DNA of 64,000 nucleotides from Clostridia bacterium (GTDB lineage: Bacteria; Bacillota; Clostridia; Peptostreptococcales; Anaerovoracaceae), in assembly GCA_024689865.1 (NCBI GenBank), contig JAILDA010000022.1:2244-66243 (forward strand), in the 5' to 3' direction. The position numbers were made by a program, and so were the translations under genes. Below are positions 26,724 to 35,806 of the stretch, in pieces. The stretch's first letter is position 1; each line of letters starts with the position of its first letter. Under the pieces are notes generated by a model. That model was not told the origin of the DNA, ran no database searches, and saw only the letters and a program-made list of their open reading frames with translations.

Positions 26724-27671
26724 TCAGCCAAGAATCGTGCGGTATGCACCGTCTTCTGATATGGTAAAGTATGTGGGTCCTGCGCCGCTAAGCGTTGAAT
26801 TTTCGGGGACGGAGCGTTTGCAACCTGAATTCAGTTGCTGCTTTACCGGGCCTTTTTCGCCATACTTTTTTATCAGTCTTTCGGCCGGGGCCTGCAGGTG
26901 GTTGCCCATGAAGCGTCGTTTATCCTCTATGGAAGCCGCTTTCAGGAAGTTTTCTATGCTGAAGCGCTTTTCGCAGTCCTCCTCTTTAAGCTCCGCGTAT
27001 ACCGCGCGGGTCTTATTGGGTATCGCAACATCGGAAAAGTACAGGTCCACCGCAAAGTCCGTTGGCTCCACGAATTCCAGATCTGTTCCCCTGCCTCTTG
27101 CGATGGCCGCCGGATGGCCCAGCTGGCTTGCAATGCAGAACGGAACGTCAGATCCCAGCTTAGCGCCCAGGGGCAGCAGAATCTTAAGCAGTTCTTCCGG
27201 GTCCCTTTCCGGCATCCAGAGCATTCCGAGCGCGGTCATTACTGCGGCAGCGTCCGCGGAGCCTCCGGCAAGACCGGCTGCGGCCGGGATGCGCTTTTCT
27301 ATGGAGATCTTAACGCCCTTTACGCCTGCGGCAAGCTCGGTCCCGTCCTCGTCCAGGGCCTCGGTTATAAGATCCGGACGGAACTGCTCCGCCATAAGAA
27401 GCGCCGCTTTGTATGCAAGGTCGGCCTGGCCGTACTCGAAGTCCTGCGGGCCAAGGAGAGCGTCCCGGTCGCAGGTGTCCGGACCGGCGCCCGCTGCCCG
27501 ACGTTCGCCCATGCTGGCATTCTCTGCAGGTGCTGCATCCGCGGTCGCCACGGTCACAATGTCGCACAGGTCTATGGCCTGCATCAGCATCTCCACCTCG
27601 TGGTAGCCGTCCGGCCGCTTGCCCAGAACGTTCAGTATAAGATTTATCTTTGCGTAAGCTTTCTGTTCCAT
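26724..27671 (-). CDS. ispE: 4-diphosphocytidyl-2-C-methyl-D-erythritol kinase
   Basis: AYAKINLILNVLGKRPDGYHEV, the GHMP motif IPAAAGLAGGSADAAA and LGSDVPFC. Start chosen at 27671 (MEQKAYAKINL); 27689 is an alternative. Confidence 0.88.
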   Translation of the reverse strand: MEQKAYAKINLILNVLGKRPDGYHEVEMLMQAIDLCDIVTVATADAAPAENASMGERRAAGAGPDTCDRDALLGPQDFEYGQADLAYKAALLMAEQFRPDLITEALDEDGTELAAGVKGVKISIEKRIPAAAGLAGGSADAAAVMTALGMLWMPERDPEELLKILLPLGAKLGSDVPFCIASQLGHPAAIARGRGTDLEFVEPTDFAVDLYFSDVAIPNKTRAVYAELKEEDCEKRFSIENFLKAASIEDKRRFMGNHLQAPAERLIKKYGEKGPVKQQLNSGCKRSVPENSTLSGAGPTYFTISEDGAYRTILG

Positions 27672-27677
27672 GCACCC

Positions 27678-27686
27678 ATTATACCA
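27678..27686 (-). promoter_or_regulatory. Extended -10 element TGgTATAAT placed 6 nt upstream of the ispE ATG (leaderless candidate)
   Basis: On the minus strand: TGTGGTATAAT-GGGTGC-ATG. A near-identical element occurs at 58309-58331. Confidence 0.4.
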
Positions 27687-27907
27687 CATTTGCAGGCTCT
27701 CCTGCAGTCCGCTGCACCGCATTGCAGCAAATGTGCAGTCCTTCATACCGGGGCCTTTACAGCCGAAAGATCGTCTGCCCGGGCGCAAAGCCTTTAAAGC
27801 CGCAAAAGTGGACAATTGCCGCCCGATGTGGTATCATCATCCTCCGGACCATAAACAAGTCCGTTCAGGCAGAAAACATTCGAGTTATACATATACAGGA
27901 GGTAATC

Positions 27908-28426
27908 ATGAAATACACATCCGCAGAAGCCGGCAAGCTTGTAAAGAAGCTGGAAGACCGCATAAGACGCGCGGAGCTTGCGGAAAGCAAGAGCGCAACG
28001 TTCAATGCTGCGTCGGGCGAGGACGTAGAGTCTCTCAGGCCCAAGTACAGCTTTAAGGACAGTCAGGCAAAGATAGAGGAGCTGCAGGCGCAGGTCCGCA
28101 AGGTAAAGCACGCCATCAACTGCTTTAACATCAGCCACACCCTGCCGGGGTTTAAGGGCGTTACCGTAGACCAGGCGCTGGTGCTTATACCGCAGCTTCG
28201 CGGCAGGCTCTCCGTTCTGGGAGAGATGGTCGCCCGCCTGCCCAAGGAAAGGGTGGATTCCGCTTTCAGAAACACTAACATCATCGACTACGTAATAACC
28301 AACTACGACGCGGCCGAGGTGGAAGAGAAGTACAACCGGCTGGAGGAACAGCTCTCCGCGCTGCAGCTGGCGCTGGATACCCTCAACAACACGGAGACCA
28401 TGGACATAGACGTGGTCCTGGACTAG
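27908..28426 (+). CDS. Hypothetical coiled-coil protein (172 aa)
   Basis: AGGAGG SD 7 nt upstream of the ATG at 27908. The upstream part of the track ORF overlaps ispE on the opposite strand and was discarded. No family recognised. Confidence 0.6.
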   Translation: MKYTSAEAGKLVKKLEDRIRRAELAESKSATFNAASGEDVESLRPKYSFKDSQAKIEELQAQVRKVKHAINCFNISHTLPGFKGVTVDQALVLIPQLRGRLSVLGEMVARLPKERVDSAFRNTNIIDYVITNYDAAEVEEKYNRLEEQLSALQLALDTLNNTETMDIDVVLD

Positions 28427-28649
28427 CGCATCCTTACAACTGAATATTCCGCGGCCCCGGGCATAGGGGCCGCTCTCCGGGCGCACCGCATCCCTTAAAC
28501 AGGCCGATCGTAATTGTTTAATGTAAAAAGTTATTTGTTATTCAAGGCTTTTATTGTTTATCGGTAAATGTTCGACGTTGAAAGACTGATCATGAAACTC
28601 CGCGGGGCGCCGAAAACTTTTGCTGCGGAAGTACGGTTACAAGCAGCCG

Positions 28650-28688
28650 GGAGGCAGGGGATCACATCCTCTGCCTCCTTGTTTATTT
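28650..28688 (+). terminator. Rho-independent terminator
   Basis: Stem GGAGGCAG/CTGCCTCC (28650-28657 / 28671-28678), followed by TTGTTTATTT. Confidence 0.7.
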
Positions 28689-28794
28689 ACGCATTTACAG
28701 TGGTTTTCTGTTATAATTAAACTGGTAACCGGGACGCCCGGCGCTGTTTGCCGGTCCCGGCCGGTCGGAAAACAAACCGTAAGGAGGACATACA

Positions 28795-29109
28795 ATGAAA
28801 GAGATAACGATCACAGCCTCTAATTTCGAGAGCGAAGTCCTAGGCTCGGACAAGCCCGTTCTTGTGGACTTCTGGGCTGCCTGGTGCGGACCTTGCAGGA
28901 TGCTGGCTCCCGCCGTTGCAAAGCTTGCGGAGGAGCATCCGGAGATAAAGGTGGGCAAGGTAAACGTAGACGAAGAAGCAGAACTGTCGGCGGCTTTCGG
29001 GATCGTAAGCATCCCCACGCTCATACTCTTCGATAAGGGTCAGCCGGTTAGGCACACCATGGGCGCCCAGCCCTACGAAATGCTCGAGGATTTCATAAAT
29101 AACAGATAA
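28795..29109 (+). CDS. trxA: Thioredoxin
   Basis: WCGPC active site in VDFWAAWCGPCRMLAP. 104 aa. AAGGAGG SD. Confidence 0.95.
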   Translation: MKEITITASNFESEVLGSDKPVLVDFWAAWCGPCRMLAPAVAKLAEEHPEIKVGKVNVDEEAELSAAFGIVSIPTLILFDKGQPVRHTMGAQPYEMLEDFINNR

Positions 29110-29119
29110 AGGAGACATC

Positions 29120-29632
29120 ATGCACATCAACGACGAGACCGGTCACGGTCATGAACACGAATACCTGCACGAGGACGGAGCGGTACATACGCACAGCCAC
29201 AGTGCGGAACCGGAAGGCGTGCACGTCCACGATCATTTCCACGATCTGGAGCCCGGCGACGAGACCACTCATACCCACGGTCACGAGCACTTCCACACCC
29301 ACGAGCATGTGCACCCGGACGGAACGGTGCACACCCACAGCCATGCTCACGCGCATTCCCACGTGCATCTGCACGAGGGCGAGGAGGGTCACACCCACAC
29401 TCACGCGGACGGAACTACCCACACTCACAGCCACGCGGCTGCACCTGCGGACATGACGCAGCTTAAGGCCGTGCTTAAGTACATGGTGGAGCACAACGAG
29501 CACCACGCGGAGGAACTGGCGGACCTTCTGGGTGCGCTTCCCGCGGAGCCTGCGGCCAAGCTCAGAAAGGCCATAGGCTCGTTCGAAGCAGCCAACGTGG
29601 AGCTTAAGATGGTCCTGGACAGCCTGGAATAG
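29120..29632 (+). CDS. Extremely histidine-rich protein with a helical C-terminal domain (putative metal-binding protein)
   Basis: The first ~115 aa are dominated by HxH and DG[AT][VT]HTHSH repeats (three copies). The C-terminal ~55 aa are helical (LKYMVEHNEHHAEELADLL...). Starts 10 nt after trxA, with an AAAGGAGA SD. Confidence 0.7.
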   Translation: MHINDETGHGHEHEYLHEDGAVHTHSHSAEPEGVHVHDHFHDLEPGDETTHTHGHEHFHTHEHVHPDGTVHTHSHAHAHSHVHLHEGEEGHTHTHADGTTHTHSHAAAPADMTQLKAVLKYMVEHNEHHAEELADLLGALPAEPAAKLRKAIGSFEAANVELKMVLDSLE

Positions 29633-29705
29633 CTGTCCGTAGCGGAAAATGAATAACCCGGGTACTGCGGTCCGGTGCAGACCGTACGGTCCGGGAACAT
29701 GATCG

Positions 29706-31091
29706 ATGCAGAAAACTTACGATCCGGAAAAAACAATAAGAGATAAAGAACTTGCAAGGCAGATAGCGGATAAGGCAGCCGCTCTGGGCGGCAGGGTCTA
29801 TTACGTGGGCGGTCTGGTGCGCGACAGCATCCTTTACGGCCGGGACGCAGGCGGCGACGTGGACATAGAGGTCCACGGCATAGAGCCGCAGGCGCTCTGG
29901 AACATCCTTACGGAGGTCGGGACGCCCCTGCAGTACGGCAGCAGCTTCGGGATATACGGCATATCCGGCAGCGACATAGACATAGCCATTCCGCGCAAGG
30001 AGCACGCAACGGGCCGCGGCCACAGGGATTTCGAGATATTCGTGGACCCGGACATAGGCCCGGAGAATGCCGCAAGGCGCAGGGACTTTACAGTTAACGC
30101 GCTTATGCAGGACGTGCTTACCGGCGAGATCCTGGATCCGTACGGCGGGCTCAGGGACATTAAAGCCCGTGTTTTGCGCTGCGTGGATCCGGAAAGCTTT
30201 GTAGAAGATCCTTTACGAGTCCTTAGGTGCGCGCGTTTTGCCGCGGCGCTGGACTTTGCGGTGGATCCGGATACCGTTAATCTTTGCGCGTCGATGGATA
30301 TCCGTCCTCTCACCAGAGAAAGAGTGGAAGGCGAACTTAAGAAGGTGCTTACGGGCACGGAAAAGCCAAGCGTGTTCTTCCGCGTGCTCCGGCAGATGGA
30401 TCAGCTGGAGCCTTGGTTTCCGGAGGTAAAGCAGCTTATAGGCATAGAGCAGGATCCTGTGTATCATCCGGAGGGCGACGTGTGGACGCACACGATGGAG
30501 GTGCTGGACCGCGCCGCCTCGCTTCGGGACAAGGCCGAGCAGCCCTATGCGTTCATGATGCTTGCGCTTACCCACGACTTCGGCAAGATCGCAAGCACGG
30601 AGTTCGTAAACGGCCGCATCCACGCCTACGGTCACGAAACTGCAGGCCTTCCCATAATAGAAGGCTTTCTGAGGCGCTTTACGGAGGAGACTGCGGTCAT
30701 AAGCTACGTACTTAACATGGCGGAGCTTCACATGAAGCCCAACATGATGGCTTTCAGCAAGTCTGCCGTTAAGACCACAAACAAACTGTTCGACTCCGCG
30801 GCGTCTGCGCAGGACCTTATACTTATGGCCAGGGCAGATCATCCGGTGCAGTCCGGGGATACGCCTTTTACCGGCGACGTAGACTTCCTTACAGAGCGGC
30901 TGAAGGTATATCAGGAGACCATGGCAAAGCCCTATGTAATGGGCAGGGACCTTATAGAGGCGGGACTTAAGCCCGGCGAGAACTTCGGCGAGCTTCTGGA
31001 ATTCGCCCACAAGCTCCGGCTTGCAGGAATAGACAAGGAAACGGCGCTTAAGCAGGTCTTGGCAATGGCAAGAAAGCAGTCCGGCAATTAA
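29706..31091 (+). CDS. cca: CCA-adding tRNA nucleotidyltransferase with an HD domain
   Basis: GGLVRD...GGDVDIEV nucleotidyltransferase motif, RRDFTVNAL and the HD motif LTHDFGK. Confidence 0.88.
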   Translation: MQKTYDPEKTIRDKELARQIADKAAALGGRVYYVGGLVRDSILYGRDAGGDVDIEVHGIEPQALWNILTEVGTPLQYGSSFGIYGISGSDIDIAIPRKEHATGRGHRDFEIFVDPDIGPENAARRRDFTVNALMQDVLTGEILDPYGGLRDIKARVLRCVDPESFVEDPLRVLRCARFAAALDFAVDPDTVNLCASMDIRPLTRERVEGELKKVLTGTEKPSVFFRVLRQMDQLEPWFPEVKQLIGIEQDPVYHPEGDVWTHTMEVLDRAASLRDKAEQPYAFMMLALTHDFGKIASTEFVNGRIHAYGHETAGLPIIEGFLRRFTEETAVISYVLNMAELHMKPNMMAFSKSAVKTTNKLFDSAASAQDLILMARADHPVQSGDTPFTGDVDFLTERLKVYQETMAKPYVMGRDLIEAGLKPGENFGELLEFAHKLRLAGIDKETALKQVLAMARKQSGN

Positions 31092-31177
31092 TAGCGGCGT
31101 TTCTGCCGGCAGGGCACCAAAGCGGTCCGGGGATCGGGGCGTTTTGTACCGGACAATAGAATAAAAGACAGCAAATC

Positions 31178-31205
31178 AAAAGCGCGGCTATGCAGTCGCG
31201 CTTTT
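31178..31205. terminator. Hairpin terminator between convergent genes
   Basis: 9-bp stem AAAAGCGCG/CGCGCTTTT with a 10-nt loop. Confidence 0.6.
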
Positions 31206-31248
31206 ATGATGTGCAGGATATGTGCCGCGGTGCGGCTGCCGGGGGCTT

Positions 31249-31632
31249 TTAAGCCAGAATGTCCTTGGTGGCAACAAGGTCCGCGCCTGTGCCGCAGATC
31301 CCATGTATTACCACGTCGCCTATGTGCACGGGCAGGTCCACCGACGCGGCATAGATCTGCTGCATGGCATCCAGTACAAGGTGCTTGGGGATGGCGTCGC
31401 TGGTCTTGACCGGGCAGCGCGCTTCAATACCGCCGGCTGCGTCCGGAGCGGTCTTGGCGGAGGCTCTGTGTATTGCAACTGTAGATGTAACTACGCGGAC
31501 GGGAGCCGTTACTTCGGCCTTTCCGTATACTTCGCCGCGCTTGCAGAAGTTGCCTGTAACAGCGTAGCCGTTGTTCTCGTCAACGGTAAGATGGCAGCCT
31601 CTGGGGCAGACTATGCAGATAAGTTCCTTCAT
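31249..31632 (-). CDS. DUF1667 domain protein (third subunit of the clostridial GlpA-like dehydrogenase cluster)
   Basis: N-terminal CxxCPxGC (LICIVCPRGCHL). ATGA overlap with the upstream oxidoreductase gene. Confidence 0.8.
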   Translation of the reverse strand: MKELICIVCPRGCHLTVDENNGYAVTGNFCKRGEVYGKAEVTAPVRVVTSTVAIHRASAKTAPDAAGGIEARCPVKTSDAIPKHLVLDAMQQIYAASVDLPVHIGDVVIHGICGTGADLVATKDILA

Positions 31633-32927
31633 TTTGCTACCTCCCCGTTATCAGCGGCAGGTTCTGTTACTTCGCGGGCTTCTATCGTAAGGTCTTCATG
31701 CGTGCCGGCCAGCAGTTCCGCAGGGATGCTTACGTTCTGCATCTCTCCGGGGATCATGAACGGCTTCTTGAATACCTTTATCTCCTTGTCGCCCAGTTTT
31801 GCGACTATCTCGGACTTTCCGAACACGCGGTTTATGCGGAAGAACACACGGACTTCGTCCTTAAGGTTCTCCGGGCAGATCTGCTGGGGCACTGTGTACG
31901 TTACCCCGCCTGCGGTGCGGACGTCTATTATGTTTTCGCGGGACGGCTGTCCTTTAAGTACATATTCGGCGGCGGCTTCGGCAGCCCTCTGGGCTTCCTG
32001 TGTAACGAAGTCCACCAGATCGTGCACGTGCAGAACGTTTCCGCAGGCGAACACGCCCGGCATGGAAGTTTCCATGTTTTCGTAAACGAACGCGCCCTTG
32101 GTGCGCGGATCCAGCGCAATGCCGGCGTCGCGGGTAAGCTCGTTCTCCGGGATAAGGCCTACGGACAGCAGCAGCGTATCGCATTCGAACTCTATTTCGG
32201 TTCCGGGGATGGGAGCCTTGGTCCTGTCGTCCACCTGAGATACGACTACCTTCTCTACGCGGCTCTCGCCCTGGATGTTTGTTACGGTGTGGCTCAGGTA
32301 CAGCGGAATGTTAAAGTCGTTAAGACACTGCACAATGTTTCTGTTAAGGCCGGAGGAGTACGGATTGAGCTCCACGCATGCCAGGACCTTTGCACCCTCC
32401 AGAGTAAGGCGGCGTGCCATTATAAGGCCTATGTCGCCGCTTCCCAGGATGACTATCCTGCGGCCGGGCATGTAGCCGTCGATGTTTACGTACTTCTGCG
32501 CGGCTCCTGCGGTGTAGACGCCTGCCGGCCTGGTGCCCGGTATGGACAGGGCTCCTCTGGCTCTTTCGCGGCAGCCCATGGCAAGTATTATGGACTTTGT
32601 CTGCTCCGCGCGGTAGCCCAGGGTGGGGCTTACCATGTGCACGGTCTTGTCCGGGGTTATGTCCAGTACCATGGTGTCCGTGCGGACTTCTATGTCCGTG
32701 CCTTCCACCTGCTTTATGAACCTTGCTGCGTACTCCGGTCCGGTAAGCTCTTCCTTAAAGTAGGTAAGTCCGAAACCGTTGTGGATGCACTGGTTGAGTA
32801 TTCCGCCCAGCTGCAGCGAGCGCTCTACTATAAGGACTTTCTTAAGACCGCATTCTCTTGCCTTAACGGCTGCGGCCAGTCCGGCGGGACCTCCGCCTAC
32901 AACGATCAGATCGTACATGTCAGGCAT
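31629..32927 (-). CDS. NAD(P)/FAD-dependent pyridine nucleotide-disulfide-type oxidoreductase
   Basis: Two Rossmann motifs (VVGGGPAGLAAA and ILGSGDIGLIMA). Confidence 0.85.
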   Translation of the reverse strand: MPDMYDLIVVGGGPAGLAAAVKARECGLKKVLIVERSLQLGGILNQCIHNGFGLTYFKEELTGPEYAARFIKQVEGTDIEVRTDTMVLDITPDKTVHMVSPTLGYRAEQTKSIILAMGCRERARGALSIPGTRPAGVYTAGAAQKYVNIDGYMPGRRIVILGSGDIGLIMARRLTLEGAKVLACVELNPYSSGLNRNIVQCLNDFNIPLYLSHTVTNIQGESRVEKVVVSQVDDRTKAPIPGTEIEFECDTLLLSVGLIPENELTRDAGIALDPRTKGAFVYENMETSMPGVFACGNVLHVHDLVDFVTQEAQRAAEAAAEYVLKGQPSRENIIDVRTAGGVTYTVPQQICPENLKDEVRVFFRINRVFGKSEIVAKLGDKEIKVFKKPFMIPGEMQNVSIPAELLAGTHEDLTIEAREVTEPAADNGEVAK

Positions 32928-34428
32928 CCTCCCTTCTTAATACCATCCACGAACCGGCTTTGTCCTGAACGATACGGTCTTCCGTAACGCCCATGTATTC
33001 AGCCAGAAGCTTAACTACCTGCGGTCCGCAGAAACCGCCCTGGCAGCGTCCCAGACCTGCCATGGTGCGTCGCTTAATTCCGTCCACGGAACGCGGCGGA
33101 AGCGGCGAGTTGAAGGTGTCGCGCATCTCGCCCTCGGTGATGCTCTCGCAGCGGCAGACTATGCGGCCGTACGATGGATCCCTGGCGATGAGAGCGTTCT
33201 TCTGCTCCGCGTCCAGATCCTTAAAGTGATGGGGCTCCTTGTAGAGCTTAAGTTCTCCTGGCTTCTTTATAAGTTTAAGTCCCTTGCCGGCCATGAGCTC
33301 CGTTACGTATTCGCCTATCGCGGGGGCGGCGGAAAGTCCGGGCGAGCAGATGCCTGCCACGTCTATGAAGTTCGGGGCGCCCTTGGCTTCTTCTATTATG
33401 AAGTCCTTGGACGTGGAACGGGCGCGTATTCCTGCGAAGTTGCGGATGTTGTTGCGGAAATCTATGCTGGGCACCGAGCGTACGGCGGACTTTCTTACGA
33501 AGGCCATGCCGCCTGCGGTGGTGCTGTAGTCGTTGTTCTTTATCTCTTCGGAGTTGGGGCCTACGATAAGATTGCCGTGTACCGTGGGGGACACCAGAAC
33601 ACCCTTGCCGTTCTCGTCCGGGCACTGGAATATGGTGTGCCTTGCGCGGAATCCCTCGGCCTTATCCATAAGGTAGTACTCTCCACGGCTGGGCTTTATG
33701 CTGAAGCTGTGCGGAGCTGCCATGTCGTGGATCTTTTCGGCGGCAAGTCCTGCGGCGTTTACCACAAAGCGGGTGGTAAGAGTTATCTCTTCTACCTTGG
33801 GAGCGTTTGCCGGACCGTTCGGCCAGCTGGTCTGTTTAGCAACTACTTTCCAGTTGCCTGCATCGCCGGCATTTCCGTCTTTGCCGTTTTCTCTTGAAAT
33901 TCCAACGACTTCCGTCTCCAGCAATATCTCCGTTCCGTTAAGAGCGGCGGTCTCTGCCATGGTAAGGCAGAACTCCCAGGGGCTGCAGACTGCGGAAGGC
34001 GCGTACAGGGCCGCGATAACATCCTCGGACACCATGGGCTCCATCTGCTGCACTTCTTCCTTGGAAAGGATGCGGCAGTCCTTTACGCCGTTGGCGTCCG
34101 CGCGTGCCTTAAGGGTCTTGAGCGTCTTAAGGTCGTGTCCGGAGAACGCCAGGACCAGCGATCCTACGGGATTGTAGGCAAAGCGGAGCTTCTTGGACAG
34201 TTCCTTTGCGATCGCCACGCCGCGCACGTTCAGCTTTGCCATGAGGGTTCCGGGTTCCGGGTCGTATCCGGCATGAAGTATGCCGGAATTTGCCCTGGTG
34301 GTGCCCATGGCAACGTCGTTCTCGCGCTCCAGCACGGCCACTTTAAGGTCGTACTGCGCCAGCGTGAACGCTATAGCCGCGCCGCTTGTTCCGCAGCCGA
34401 CTATCACTACATCATAATTCTTGTTCAT
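32920..34428 (-). CDS. FAD-dependent glycerol-3-phosphate dehydrogenase-like oxidoreductase with a BFD-like [2Fe-2S] domain
   Basis: VVIVGCGTSGAA FAD motif. C-terminal CRCESITEGE...GRCQGGFC. Start set at 34428 (GAGAGG SD). Confidence 0.85.
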   Translation of the reverse strand: MNKNYDVVIVGCGTSGAAIAFTLAQYDLKVAVLERENDVAMGTTRANSGILHAGYDPEPGTLMAKLNVRGVAIAKELSKKLRFAYNPVGSLVLAFSGHDLKTLKTLKARADANGVKDCRILSKEEVQQMEPMVSEDVIAALYAPSAVCSPWEFCLTMAETAALNGTEILLETEVVGISRENGKDGNAGDAGNWKVVAKQTSWPNGPANAPKVEEITLTTRFVVNAAGLAAEKIHDMAAPHSFSIKPSRGEYYLMDKAEGFRARHTIFQCPDENGKGVLVSPTVHGNLIVGPNSEEIKNNDYSTTAGGMAFVRKSAVRSVPSIDFRNNIRNFAGIRARSTSKDFIIEEAKGAPNFIDVAGICSPGLSAAPAIGEYVTELMAGKGLKLIKKPGELKLYKEPHHFKDLDAEQKNALIARDPSYGRIVCRCESITEGEMRDTFNSPLPPRSVDGIKRRTMAGLGRCQGGFCGPQVVKLLAEYMGVTEDRIVQDKAGSWMVLRREDA

Positions 34429-35194
34429 TTGGGTCGAACCTCTCAAAAATGTTTATATATCCGAGCCTTTCGGCTTCTTTAAAGTCTTCGGGTGTGCGTA
34501 TGGTCCAGGCTACGCCCTGTATGCCCTTGCGTACGGCCTTCTTAAAAGCGGGGTTGTCGCGGTACTGGAAGTTGTAGGCCACGAAGTCCGGCCTGGACAG
34601 AAAGTCCATCTTAAGATTCGTAAGGATCCAGCGTGTGTTCTTCGGCGACGTGCCGGGCTCCTTTACGAAATCCGACGACAGCTGCCCGCGGACGATGTCC
34701 GGGCGAAGTTTGCGCACCGCTTTAATGGCGCGCGGGTCGAAGCTTTCTATGCAGAACAGTCCTTTGTAGCTGTCCAGACGCTCGCAGACGGCTTTCGCAA
34801 GTTCGTTGTAGTTGCCGCCAACCACCTTAAGCTCTATTATCAGCGGGTAGCCGCTGTCCTCGAACAGAGTAAGCACCTCGTTGAAGAGGGGCACCTTTTC
34901 GTCCGTTCCTTCCAGGCGCAGCTCGCGGATTTCTTCCAAGGTTCGCTCTTCCAGCGTTCCGGGCTCGCCTGTGCAGCGGTCCGTTGTATCGTCGTGGAAC
35001 ACCACAAGCTTGCCGTCCTTGGTGAGGTGGACGTCCAGTTCCGCGCCGAACTTGTTGCGGATAGCCCTTATGAACGCCGCCAGCGAGTTCTCCGGGATCC
35101 GGGGCTTGTCGTGGAAGCCCCTGTGCGCGTATTTGAATTGTCTAAGCTCTTCCAGCTTAGGATGGCCTGTGCGGCCTGTAAAGAATTCGTGCAT
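34412..35194 (-). CDS. Glycerophosphodiester phosphodiesterase
   Basis: GDPD motifs HRGF...ENSLAAF and ELDVHLTKDGKLVVFHDDT. Confidence 0.88.
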   Translation of the reverse strand: MHEFFTGRTGHPKLEELRQFKYAHRGFHDKPRIPENSLAAFIRAIRNKFGAELDVHLTKDGKLVVFHDDTTDRCTGEPGTLEERTLEEIRELRLEGTDEKVPLFNEVLTLFEDSGYPLIIELKVVGGNYNELAKAVCERLDSYKGLFCIESFDPRAIKAVRKLRPDIVRGQLSSDFVKEPGTSPKNTRWILTNLKMDFLSRPDFVAYNFQYRDNPAFKKAVRKGIQGVAWTIRTPEDFKEAERLGYINIFERFDPNEQEL

Positions 35195-35751
35195 TATCTT
35201 TTCTTTCTCATCATGTAGCCGGATACGGCGCCTACTACGCCGCCGACTATGTGGGCCATGTTCGATATATTGTCCTTTACGAACAATCCATCGTACACTT
35301 GCTGCCCCAGATAGACGATGGCTACCAGAATGAAGGTTATCGGTATCTCGCCTTTCTTAAAGCTGGTGAAGGACGTCATGAGTATGAACGCGAACACCAC
35401 GCCGCTTGCGCCGCATATCGCCACGTGCGGGAAGAAGAAAAAGTTTACCAGGCCGGTTATCAGCGCGGTAAGCGCTATAACGCCCAGCAGCCTTTTGGCG
35501 CCGTACTTTTCCTCCAGCATCGGTCCCAGCAGCAGGATGTAGGACATGTTGCCTATGTAGTGCTGCCAGCCGGCGTGCCCCAGCACGTGCCCGAAAAACC
35601 GCACGTAGGTAAGCGGATCTCCCAGTGAGCTGCGGTAGGTCATGAACACCAGGCGATTGCTTGCGCCGCCGGTCGCATTATTAAGGATCATTGCCGCCAG
35701 GCTCAGGAACACGAATCCCAGTATCAGCGGCGAATTGAGCTTTATCTTCAT
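35194..35751 (-). CDS. Rhomboid family intramembrane serine protease
   Basis: WQHYIGNM (HxxxN), the catalytic GASGVVFA and a downstream HIVGGVVGA. Confidence 0.85.
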   Translation of the reverse strand: MKIKLNSPLILGFVFLSLAAMILNNATGGASNRLVFMTYRSSLGDPLTYVRFFGHVLGHAGWQHYIGNMSYILLLGPMLEEKYGAKRLLGVIALTALITGLVNFFFFPHVAICGASGVVFAFILMTSFTSFKKGEIPITFILVAIVYLGQQVYDGLFVKDNISNMAHIVGGVVGAVSGYMMRKKR

Positions 35752-35757
35752 AAGTCG

Positions 35758-35797
35758 ATTAAAAGGGACGCTTCCGGAGATACTTCGGAAACGTCCC
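35758..35797 (-). terminator. Rho-independent terminator of the MFS gene, abutting the rhomboid start codon
   Basis: 12-bp stem with one mismatch (35765-35776 / 35786-35797), followed on the minus strand by TTTTAAT. Confidence 0.65.
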
Positions 35798-35806
35798 CGT
35801 CATTTA

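Noticed and set aside
28620-28823. 67-aa ORF, and a 42-codon ORF (from 28601), in the trxA upstream region.
   Set aside because: Both lack an SD and run through a strong terminator hairpin (28650-28688) and the trxA promoter and leader. The region is better explained as a 3' UTR/terminator plus the trxA 5' UTR.
29150-29470. CAC/CAT-rich DNA as a non-coding microsatellite or sequencing artefact.
   Set aside because: The region is in frame within an ORF that has a good SD and start and a normal C-terminal domain. The repeats are imperfect at the DNA level but coherent at the protein level (DGxVHTHSH), so it is coding.
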